Shown here: positions 22,657 to 35,260 of the stretch, piece by piece
Layout of the letters: every line of letters begins with the position of its first letter
How positions within the stretch are numbered: the stretch's first letter is position 1
From: Octopus sinensis
Taxonomy: Eukaryota
Reading direction: 5' to 3'
DNA: 64,000 nt
Assembly: GCF_006345805.1 (NCBI RefSeq)
Contig: NC_042998.1
Span: 41,416,001 to 41,480,000 of the forward strand
Program-made: the position numbers and the translations under genes
The notes under the pieces: generated by a model
What the model was told of the DNA's origin: nothing
The model's input: only the letters and a program-made list of their open reading frames with translations
Databases searched by the model: none

Positions 22657-25600
22657 GTAAGATAACTTCATAAATACACTATATCTACTTATGTTGCAAC
22701 ACTTAAGTTTATTCAATTTTCTAACTTCAAACTATATTGAGCATATAAATATATACATATATATATTTCTCTTTAAGATGTTTTTCACCTTATCTAACTG
22801 GTAATTTACCTTGTGTGAAAATCTTCAATATCACTTAATAAATTATTGAATTTAATTATTTGATATCAAAATGTTACTTTTATCTCTAATTTTTTTTAGG
22901 CTCTAATTGAAATCATAATTTTAAGTGTATGTTGTGTGTAGCATTTACATATACATAGCAAGAGTGAGTTATGTGTGTTGTTGAAAGAATAAAGCTTACT
23001 TACGTTGATTAATGTTTTACAATGTTTAAATAATGTTACGTTGGTTTTTAAAATAACTTATGAAAATATTTCAACAGTTTTATAAATCTTAAATTTCTTC
23101 ACTGAATATGTAGACACACATTCTTAAGTATCTTTTTAGATTATATTTGAAATACCTTGTTAATAAATAATTGTCTAATATTCATACCTCTAATCCCTAT
23201 AAAACTTATAAAAATTGTAAAGTATCATTTGTAAATTGATAAACAAGTATATTTTTCTATCATCTTCACTTTTGTTTCTCTGTTATTCTGAAATGCAAGA
23301 GTAGAAGATAAGGCCTTCATACTTTATTTTATATTTACATTATATTTTGATCTGTATAGTCACCAATCGTCTTTTGCTGCAGTGCACACACATACACATG
23401 CATGCATGCACATACAAACAGTCATACACTTTTGAGCTACACTTCTACTCAAACTATATTGTAATTCATAGTTTATGTTCATAGCCATTAGGGAGTGTGT
23501 CAATTAAGAGTAGATAGAATACAGGATGAATAGAAACACAAAAGATTGAGCTAAAACATATTAAGCTTATAATCAAGATACATACCCCCTTCCCCAGTTT
23601 TCTCTTATGTACTTTGTAGTGTTAATCTGGATATTTACAAACCTGATAAAACTTTGAAAGTTTTACCTGACTCAATCACATACAGCATTATAATATGAAT
23701 TATAAACAGTATTTTTAATTATCTGCTTAATCTCATTAGAATTTGAATTTAACTTCTTTGATAGTGTTTATAATATAAACACTTTAATAAAAGAAAGGAA
23801 CAATAATTCCTAAATTAAAAATATTCTTAAATATTTTTTCTAAATACTTTCAAATATATTAATATAGACATTTATCATCAGATTCCAACTATAAATATTT
23901 TAGTATATGCTAATCTCTGCTCAGAAAATGTTAAATCTAATTAATCAGTATTCTATATTGCTCTTTAATCAAAACAGAATGTTTTATCTCTGTTTAGTTT
24001 TCGAGGGTTTTTCCCTCTTGCTCCCATTTCCTATGTTCCAACCTCCAATATCATTCATTTTATAAACAAATTTAACAATCTGTTTCTCTTTTATACACCA
24101 CTTTGGATGATGTATCAAATTTTACTGAACTAAATATATAGCCCAGAAGCTTCTCTTATTTTTATATTTATTTTTGAGAAGTTAACCATTGTTTATATGT
24201 TAGGGGAGTTTTCAGCTAACTTTTCCTATAACCCAATTTTACAAAATAGCCTGAGTTAGAATGTTTACAAAAACTAAGAAGCTAAAACCAAACAGGCTAA
24301 AATAACAAAACTTTTCTTAGATTTATCTGCAATATAATAGAAGTTAATCAGATATTTATGATGTTATTTTTGTAACAGTATGTGTATAGTTGTTAGACAG
24401 GCAGATATTGCTGTGTATGGTTAGGCAGACATATTTTTGAAATTGTTTTTGTTGTTAGAATAATTCTATGTCTAATACATTACTGCAATTTAACATCTTT
24501 CAGTTGTCCCTGTTGAGTTTATCCTAAAAGGTTACTGGATTTCAAAATAACAGGTCACTGATTGATGTATCTCATCGTCATCATCATTTCCATTTTGCAT
24601 GCCAGTGTATGTTAGATGAATCTGAAATACAATATTGATCCATGTGTTGTAATTCTACATTATAATTTTTCTGAAGTTTACTTCCCTCAGGTTTCTTCTG
24701 TCTTTTTTATGTTTATTTTTATAAGTCAGAGGGCAGTGCCTGTATCCTCTGCAGGCCCCTTAGACTGGTGAAATTCATGGACAATTGTAGGGCAATGTCT
24801 GAAGAGAAATATGTGTATAAAAAGAACAGGGAATCTTGTCTAAATGGAACAGAGGGAACTATGTTTAAGGAACCTAAGGATTGAGTGTAGTGTTAAGGTT
24901 TCTTCCTAGGTCTTATTTTAATCTTCCTTTACTATTTAGTTCACATACCAACTCATCACACATCATAACCCAGATGGTTTCCATTTGTATCACCATTCAA
25001 ACTGATACAGTCATCTCTCCTACATAAATCTTCCGGTACTTTTGATACCTGGTTGCTACGATTCAAGCATTTTATTGATCTCAGCTTGGAATTTCCCTTC
25101 AGCTCCTGTCATAAATGCGTAACAAAAAGAATTAAAATAATTTTTCAGGAACTTGTCAATAATTAATAATGCTTCAATGTTGGTATTAATTTTGACTCAT
25201 TTGTGTCTGCTTTATGATATTGTTCACTTGGATTTTCCTTTGTGTATATTTGTATTTGTAACCTCTTATTTGTATAATTATAGTATATTAATGCAATAAA
25301 TGTTCCAAGCATACTACTGGTCTATTTATATACGAAGAATGTTCAACAGAATAGCAAAAAAACGTTGATGCTGGTTCTCAGTCATTCATTTCAATTATCA
25401 TACTTGAAACTAAGAGAAATGCATTTCTGAAAGAAAGAAATATGATGAAATTTTTCTTTTTTCTTTCTTTTTTTTCACTGAAAAAGTAATAACTAACTAA
25501 ATATAATGTGGCAGACATGTTTGATTGAGTGAGTGTTAAATTGAATTATTTCAGGAAATCAAACTATTTCATAAAATCTCTCATGTAACCCTTTTCTCTT

Positions 25601-27859
25601 GCAGTATATTTCATTACATCCCACCCCTCCATTCCAGTTTATTCATTAGTTCTTTCTTGTTCTCTTCAATTTCAAAAATTCCCTTTATCCTATTCTATCT
25701 TCCTCTAATTATTTATTTATTTATTTTGCTGTATATGCAATCATCTTTTTGTCTCCCTATCCCCTTCATTGTTCTTCAGTTGATTATCCATAGCACTGTT
25801 TCACTCAATTGTGTTCTCTTACTTCAATAACAATCACCAGCTTTTCAGATTTCTATACTGGAATTATTGCAAAATTCTTTCAAACAATTTTGCAGCATGA
25901 CTATTACATGTAATGACAATATCAAAGGAAACGCCTCTAATACAATGTGCAGCAATTAAAAATGTCTAAATTTCAATATTTTGCATTGATTGATTTTTTT
26001 AAATCCAATTTTTAGTTCAATCTGACCTCTGTTATTGAGTTGTGCTATTATTTTTAGTGTCATCATCATTTATATTTTTAACAAACAGTTCTTTATTGTA
26101 TTATAGTTGTTTCAGTACCTCTTTTTTTTATATAAAAACTTTGCAAGTCAAACGGAAATGATAATTTGAAACATGAAACATGATTTAAAATCACTTTACT
26201 GCTCATTTACATGGCTTATGGAATAAAGTTGTAACAATTATAAAATTAACTATAAAATAGGTTGGGATGGATAATGGGGAATAGGAGAAATCTTTATTCC
26301 CTAAACACATTTTCGGTTTTTCTTCCTTACTAGAGGAGCTTGAAATCCTTTTCACTTTTTCCTCAACCAATCTAGCTATGGTTGTTCCTTTATGCTTCAA
26401 CAAGGTGGAGTGGAAGACAGGAGGAACTGACTATTACCTTTCCATTTAATAATATGCTTGGCTTGTTAGAGCATCTTCAATCATTAGAATAACATGAACA
26501 ATTTCTACAGCTAAAACAAAAGGTCCAATTCTTTTAGAAAAATCTGTTGAGTTGTCAAAGCATTTCTATCTTCAATGATGAATATAAAGATTGAGTTTTA
26601 TATTTCATATATATATATATATAATTCCCTAGGTTCCCCACTCCTGTTTTGTTAGTCCCAAAGAGGTTTGAAAAGCAAGTTGTAATCATGTAATCACAAA
26701 CCACATGTTGCTGTACTTCTTTTAACAAAGTTAACCTTAGTTCAATGTTTTTTTCATCTTGGCATGTTGTCTTTTTTGCCTCTCCTCAAAAGAAAAATAT
26801 TTCAAATGCTGTCATTTAAAATTTGATCTGATATGATTATTGAAATTTTCTCAAATCAACTGGCTCAAAAAAAATAAATAAATAAAAGACTTTAATGCAT
26901 ATTTTTCATAGGCTCCTTAAAATATAGATTGCTTGAGGTTCAAGCACTTATAAACCTTTGGTCTTATAACAGGCTTACTTGCTTCTTAACTTGTAACTAT
27001 AAATTGCAACCTTTTAAATTCTAACATGTAATTTTCTTTGAATTTGAATTGCAGTATGGAACATCAACATCAATGTTCAATACTAAAAACCATCACCATC
27101 TTATTATATATATCTTACCCCACAGAAAGTGCTGAATCTAAAACCTTTTGAAGTCATCTGTTTTAATTTCATTAAAAAAGTCAATATGTTTTTCGATGAA
27201 AACTGTCAATGTTTTTTCATTGCTGTTTATTAGTATATTGGCACCAAATTCAAGAGTAATTTTGTTTCATATTTCCCTTTGTGAAAGTGATGGTTCACTC
27301 CATGAATTGATATGATCTAGTGTCAGACTACACTCAATCTATATATAGAAGTTAAGAATAATAATCCATATCATTAACTTGATTCATTGAGTTAGGAGCT
27401 ACTTCAGTAATCTAAATTTTAATTAGGTTAGTTAAGAGAGATAATCTGCACTTCCTTGAATCAGGAAATATAAACAGAAGTAAAATATGTTAGTGTGATC
27501 CTTTACCAAAGCAGAAATGAGGGAATTAATAGTGAATGTATACAAATTGTAGACTTACAGAAAATTACTGTTCAGAAGTTAGTGACATCATTCTTTCCAT
27601 GTTCCACACATTTTATTTAACTCCATATGGTTATATATTCTCTTTTCTAATTATTTTTTTACCTCATTTCTTTTCTAGTAGAGATCTTCACTCTAAAACA
27701 TCATTTTCATTTTTTGCACTACATCAATATAGCTCTCAATTTTGAATATAAATTTAAGTAGAAAAGAAAACTGAGTGAGCCACTTCATCAGTTATTATAT
27801 TTTCTAAATTCAAAATCCTCAATATAGCTTCAAAATATTTGAAAGTATAATAATTGTTT

Positions 27860-28520
27860 ATAATACAGGCACATGGCTTGAAATTTAGGGAAAGGGGGGT
27901 TAGTTGATACCATTGATCCTAGCATTTGCCTTGTACTTTATTTTATTGATGGATGGAGGGCAAAGTTGACCTTGGCAATATTTGAACTCAGAACATGAAA
28001 GAGCTGGAACAAATACTGCAAGTAATTTTTCTGATTCTCTAACAATTCTACCAATCCATTGCTATAATAATATAAATTTTTCCAATTTTGGCACAATGCC
28101 AGTAATTTTAAGAAGAGGAGGTCAGTGATTTACATTACTGCAGTTCTTGACTAGTTCTTTATTTCATCAATTCCAAAAGGATGACAGGTAAAGATGACCT
28201 TGACAGAATTTGAACTCAGAACATAATGGATCAAAAAAGATGCCACCAAACATTTTGTCTGATATGCTAATGATTTTGCCAGCTCACCACCTTCCTAACA
28301 ATAATAATCCTTTCTATTATAGGCACAAGGCCTGAAATTTTAGGGGAGGGAGCTAATTGATTACATCAACTCAAGTACTCAATTGGTACTTATTTTATTG
28401 ACTCTGGAAAGATTTAAAAGTAAAGTTGACCTCGGTGGAATTTGAACTCAAAATATAAAGACAGAATGTTGCTAAGCATTTTGTCTTGCATGGTAGCAAT
28501 TCTGCCAGGTCACCATCTTC
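27860..28520 (-). mobile_element. Three head-to-tail Meta-like SINE copies
   Basis: Motif string ggcacaa..., tactt(t)attttattga, aaagttgacct, tttgaactca(g)aa repeated three times at about 220-bp spacing. Confidence 0.8.
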
Positions 28521-29039
28521 TTCATAGCGATAATAATACATTGCTATACCTTGGCATATATTCAAGACAATTTACCAAGGCTCTTTTGCTCTGGTAAATG
28601 TTTATTTCCCATTTTTATTGTTGTTGTTTAACCCCAGGTTAGCCATGTTTAAGTACAACTAATTTCTTGTTTTATATTTACAAAATAACAAAACATTGTT
28701 ATTTCAGTATACGCATATATTATATGAAAAGGATTTACTCAATCATCAGGTAACTCTTAATTTATGCAGATAGTGTAGGTCCATGGTTTTGAGTTAGACA
28801 TAAAATTTTAAAGTGAAATATTTAATTTCTATTTAACTAAAAAAGAAGAAAAACTACACGGTGGATAACTGTTGTAGAATCTATATTGTTGACCAAAGAT
28901 CTACTTTGATAAAAGCAATTTAGTCTTTGTGAAGGCATTCAAGCTGCAATTTTACGTGATTTCTGAAATATGTATTATGAAGAGAAAATCCATGAATTTT
29001 AAGATAATCATTAAATGTGATTGCAAGTTACTTGGTAAC

Positions 29040-29232
29040 CTTAATGCTGTTGGTCCTATGTAAAATCACCTAGTTCACTCTTTTAAGTGGTTGGCATTAG
29101 GAAGGGCATACAGCCATAGAAACCATACCAAAACAGACAGCAGAAATTGGTGTATTCTTCTGACTTGTCTGTCCTTGTCAAACTGTCCAGCCCATGCCAG
29201 CATGGAAAATGAATGTTAAATGATGATGATAG
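29040..29232 (+). mobile_element. RTE-tail-derived repeat
   Basis: gtggttggcattaggaagggcatacagccatagaaaccatacc...cccatgccagcatggaaaatgaatgttaaatgatgatgat. Confidence 0.75.
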
Positions 29233-31097
29233 TCTCTGTTCCTCTTTACTTTCTAACTAAAGGCTCATATTACCTTCTCAAATATCTTACTTTCCATCAG
29301 TTGAAGTTTCTGTTCAATATTGAGAAAACTAGGATACATTTATCTATTTAATTTGTTCTTATGGCAGTGTACTTCAAGATACTTTCAGTGTTTTTTAACT
29401 CTCTCGCTGTTTGTAAATATCATAATAACATTACTCAGTTTGTTTTCATTTTTCAATTTACATGAAAACCTTAACAACCAGTGTAGCATTCAGATACCTT
29501 ATTATTCATTCACTTGTAATGAATAAACAAACAAATCTAAATTCAGTATAACTGAGACAAAATCTATTAATTTCTTCAAGTTTCAATGAGGAAACATGTC
29601 AATGTTAATCAAAATGTGGATTTATTATGTTGCAAAGGGAAATCTCTGGGTTAATTTGGTGAGATAGAGTATAACACTTATAATAAAAATAATCACCTTG
29701 ATCTTGATCAAAGGATATTCTTTTTACTATTCTGATAAATGTAATAAGTAACTCTAGTTGATATTTGTATAAATTAAGGTGCCAATGTACATAATGTCCC
29801 TTTTATTAAACAACTTTCTTTTTATAGATCATTTTTTCTATTTCTCGTTTCCTTTTATATCCAGAAAACTCAAAACTTCAAATTTTGTTGAAGTATTTGA
29901 TTGGTAAACAGAGAATGTTGAGTATTCTTATATAAAATATAGCTATTTTTATATTGATAAACATTAAACAATTCTAAATTGATGGTAGTTTTAGACACTT
30001 TAGTGGAAATTAATCAATCACAAAGTTAATTTCCATCAAATGTTAAAATAATGCTTTCTTTCTCTATTGATTTAAAATTTTGTAATGTTTAACTGTTTTA
30101 GATATTAGATCATCTCCCAGCTTAGAAAGCTATTCTGCTCAAGTTGTCCTGATTTTGTTTTCATTTGCCTAAATTAATGAAAGAAATTAGTGTAAGACAT
30201 CTGCATTATTGACAGAAAACTATTACAGATTTTTAATACATCATTTATGTTAACCATATTAGCTTGCAAGATAAATTTTATTTGATAGGAAAATTTCCCC
30301 CTGAATTGGTCAAAAGAAGAAAAGTAATACTTATAGTTTTATAATATTGCTATTCAGCTTCTATGTATGCAAGCTAATGTTAAAGAGCAAACCTGGACAC
30401 AAAGGGCCAGCTTTTAGAAATACAGACATTTAGTTACAGTATACCATAATAGGTATAAGAAAAAAAGTGCCTCAAATGTGGAAGCTGTGCCAATCCAGAT
30501 ATGTGAATAGAAGTTTGTGGCATGTAATCACTAATTTCTTCCTGTATATTTCAGCTTAATCAGCTGATTTTTAAATTAAGTACAAGACAGAATATCAAAA
30601 CATTGGGACATTTTAAAGTGGATTGAGTAACTTTCTAAGTTGGTGAGAAATACATATAGAGAAAGATTTAATTTTTCAAAATATTGGCTTTGAAATAGTA
30701 TCACTACAGTGCTATAGAGAGGAAAATAAAGTTCACAAAAGTTTTTCTCTAATATCCTTAATTAGTGATAATGATGCTAGTGTTGTTATTATCATCTCTG
30801 TTTTAAAATGGTAAAGTATGATTTGCAGAATATTTGATTGCTATTTCTAGCAGATCATGCAATCATGTAGTCGCTCCTTTGTTGGCTCATTAAAATGTTA
30901 ACATCACTTAAAATGCAATAATTTTCCTGCAAAGAGGTTTATTAAACACTTTTGTAAAGCAATTGTCAATGATTTCCTCATATCAGTAATGGCAACAAAC
31001 ATTAAAGAGAAAATCCAGTTCCAGGGTCAGGGGGTCAGAACAGTGTCACATCATCCTGATAGTTTAATCATTGCAGGTGGTGTTGTTATCTCCCTCA

Positions 31098-31132
<35 letters not shown>

Positions 31133-34099
31133 GCATATGCGCACACACGATACAAAACAGACACTTTTAATCAGTGTGTTTACTTCTTACACTTGCTATA
31201 CAAAACTGTTTTTACAAGCCTTTACTAAGGCTTTTCCATCTGTTTTTTTGCCTGCTGTTGATTGTATATCTTGTCAATGCCAACCATGAGGTATAGTAAT
31301 CTATGTTAAGACAACGTAAGAAGAATAACTTTTGTATTGCTTTTTATTTCAAAGTTAATAGTTGCTTATTATGACCATTGTCATTATGCATTAGCCTATA
31401 AATTTCTGAATCTCCACACTCTGGGGCCAGTTGATAATACCAGCTACTCAGGTAGTCACTCAAAGTTCCATTTACGAAAGGGCACCATTCAAATACAAGG
31501 ACAGTCAATTTTGAGACAAATTTGCCTATAGAAAATAATATTTTAAGGAAAAAAATTTGATATAAAAAGTTTTTTGAAAATATTTTCACATCTAAAATCA
31601 AGAAAAAAAATCTTCAAGTTACGATAATGTATTTCTTTTCAGAATGCTTTTTTTAATTGTTATTTATATGGAGAAAGCTCATTACCTCTGCAAGAGATCA
31701 ATAGTATCCTTTGATCTTTCTTTCATTCACCCATCCTCTACTCAATGTTTGTTTATAAAGTGCATCAAAATTTTACATATTCTTGCTCTCTCTCTCTCTT
31801 TGTTGCATTAATGTAAGGGTTTGACACTGATGCTGTGTCTAAATTTTCTTTTTAAGCTAGTGTATTGTAATAAGCACTTTATTCCTAATTTTGCAAATTT
31901 TCAAGTTATATTTGTTAGCATGCTGAAATTCAGCTTACTCAGTCTGCCCACAACCCTAGGGTTGTCTCTGTCTTTAACATCTGCTATGAAGCATCCCTAT
32001 ATTTTCATATATTAATTACATTGTCTCTAATTCTAGCTAATTACTTTATCTTCCATAGTTCCACCTATTGCCATTGTGATTATTACCTTCTTATCCTTTC
32101 TCTACAATATTATGCACATTTCTTTCAGTCATGCTGAGACACTTTATTCCTTTCCTACCATCCACTCCTTATTCTTACTGTCTAATTTACTATACTCTCA
32201 ATCAGAGATTCTCTTATGCCTATTAAAAAGAGAAATGTAGCTGCATATATGACAAAGGCATCCTTTCCAAAGGAGTTACTCTTCTGAAAAGAACCAATAT
32301 GCTGAGACGCAGAGAGGACTCATGAGACCAGAGTGTCAACCTCAATAGTGCTTTCATAATGTATGCATTCTTCTCCTTCTTCATCGCTGTGGTTGTGTCA
32401 AGAAATGGTACTTTGTCACAAAAGCTGTCTGCCAAATAAAGATCCAACTAATGCAAACATAAACTGATATTTCCTATATGAAAATCTCTTTCCTTGTCAT
32501 TTCATTTCGATTCAGTAAACCTTGCAATTTCTTTCCAATTCATGTCATATTGATATAACAACAATTTCCATAATGCTACATTTACAATCATTTATATCAG
32601 GTGTTTTATATCAACTTGTGCCATTATGACCTACATACTATACCAACAGTTTACCCATATTTGGCATAATATTCATTTCCTTTTATTTTATATAAAACAC
32701 AAAACACACAAAACATTGACATTTGTGACAACAAAGCACTCTATTTAATTTCTTTAAGACAGTAACAGTTGTTTGTGAAGTTTTACTGTGAAGTCTAAAC
32801 TTCATAAATAAAATCAATATCGTGTGTTGTCTGTAGTGCTAATTAAACTTGTTTCCCAAGGAAGGGCAGATTTTTAAAATGATCATTTTAATGAGCACAG
32901 TAGAAAAACAAATTGTGGAAGACAACTGGCAATTAGAAATATGTTCAAATATGTTGAAATTCTATTGTTGCTACCGTGTGCACATTTGAGGCTCTTGTCA
33001 TAGATTGATACAACGTAGTAGCTTTGATCCCAAAACAGTTAGTTATAATTTGACCATGCAGGAAAAATTTAATAACCTTTAGAGAAATACAACACTGAAA
33101 CCCCTTCAGCAAATAAGATTTTATAATCTGATATTATAATTTAAATGATAAATTGCAATGAAATAAAATATTAAAATTTCTAATGTATGTACATCTGCTT
33201 CTGTTTAATTATTATTAGAGATATAGACATATGTTTGAACATTAAAAAATAAAGAGTCTGATTCATACCAGCTCTTGTGTGGATTTCAGCCTAATATAGT
33301 TTTCATTGATTAAATCAAAGCTCAGAACATCATTTTAAAACAGAAAAAGTTCTCCTTTTCTCCAAAATCAGCATATATTCTGGAAATTTCTAGAAGTGTG
33401 ACAAATATCTTATGAAATAAATATTTTTGCTGTACCACTGAACATGATATAGCTTCTTCTACACAAATATTTATATCTGTTCCTTAAAATATTTTAGTCC
33501 CTCCATCATCTCCCTCTCTCTGACATGCAACTGAGCAACACCAGAAGATAGTTGGAAAAATCTACTGATTAATAGATCTATTTAAAATCAGCTTCTTGAA
33601 GCACAGTAAAATAGAAGTAATAAAGTGGGTGCTTGCATATGTGATATAGTAAGCCAAAAGAATTAAATAAATCAAAATTACACCCTTCATGTGTTAACAA
33701 ATCATTATCTAAAAGAAAGAAGGAAGGGACACAACCCCAAAACTTGAATTAAGTATAGAATCAAACAGAATAAGTCTGATTTTTAAAAGTATGTTGACTC
33801 CAAATATATTTCAGTTTTATTAGCTTTATCCAGAGTTGGCTTAACTGAATTTCTTGGACCCTTAAATAAGCTCAGTGACAAATTTTGTCCAATAATGAAG
33901 AACAAAATATTCTCCTCTATAATATAACTCATTTTTTAAAAACAATTTGAATGTACAGTATGCATTGTTTTCAAGCTTGCTGAACCAACCTGAAACTTGT
34001 GCATAGAATTATAAGTAGACCAAAAGTAAAACATTTTTCATTTTTTTTTTTGTTTTTAATTGTTGCATCAGGAAGAACGTGGAGGACTGTACCAATTTC

Positions 34100-34248
34100 A
34101 TGCAGGCCCTCCAATATTATTGAAATGCATGCAGTTAATGTTTCATTTGAACCATTGCAAGTTAATGGCTAGGGCTATGCAGACCTTCCAATACTGTTGA
34201 AATGCATGCAGTTAATATTTCTTTTGAACTCTTGCAGTTGATAGCTAC
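34100..34248 (+). repeat. Diverged 77-bp tandem duplication
   Basis: atgcag(g/a)cc(c/t)tccaata..ttgaaatgcatgcagttaat...ttgaac..ttgca.. at 34100 and 34177. Confidence 0.75.
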
Positions 34249-34939
34249 TGAAAAAAGATGGGTAGGACCCAACATTGTGGAAAGGAAGGAATAGGTGAAG
34301 TAGTTTGCGTGAAGCCTAGGAGTGAAAAGAGTGTGAATGACAAGTGAGTTAGGGTAATTGAGTGACAGTTATATAAGACGAGTAGCAGTAGGAAAAGCTA
34401 GTCTGAAACTTTTTTATACTGCAGTAGCAGTATTAAAAGCCAAGAGAAGAAACAACATATCTGAACCAAAGAGTGAAGTGTGATGGCAAGTAACTTCAAG
34501 CCAATCAGTTCAGTGGCCATCTTGTGCATGTAGTAATAGCACTGTCCATCCCAGTTCTTGAAGTAGCACTCCATAGTGGGTTTCATGAGCTTTGTAGAGA
34601 GTTTTATAATCTATATTAGAAGAAAAAGAACATTATATTTGTAGCATTCTTTAAACTCATAAAAATTTACATGGAAGTGCTAGGGTAATTCTAATTCATT
34701 CATTTGGAAAAGCTAGCTGTTTTAAATCAAATGAAAGTTTACATAAGATAACCAAAACTAATGAATAAAATATTAGACTATCTGTAAAATGGTCATTTGT
34801 ATTAAGATAGCAACTTTTTTCTATTAATATTGAACCCACTGAACAGCTATTGTATATATATTTAACTAGCGCTTTTGCTAATATTAACAAAACATGAAAG
34901 TTTTATTTAGTTTGTCTTTTCAGTAATACATGTAAAAGA

Positions 34940-35260
34940 CTTTGAAGTTCATTTTCTATGCCGGCCTTTATATCCAACCTCTCTTGCCTTCATTTCCTCC
35001 TCCATTTTACTCAGTCACTTTCATCTTTACTCTGTACATGACCAACCATTTCATCTCATTTCTATTGGCAACATTCATCACTAGCTCTATTCCAATCATT
35101 ATCTGCAATTGATTGTTTGTCTTCTCTCTTTCTCAATGATAATTGCTCATCCAGTTAACCATTCTTATTTTCATTCTCTCCAACCTTTTCTGCTGTTTCA
35201 TGTTCATTACCCCACCCATGTATTGCTCCCATAAATCATGGCACATGTAGCATACACCTT
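34940..35260 (-). mobile_element. Decayed RTE LINE ORF C-terminal fragment
   Basis: Minus-strand hand translation gives ...KRLERMKIRMVNWMS..., similar to the RLEKNEASMLRWMC segment of the 47540 copy. Confidence 0.45.
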
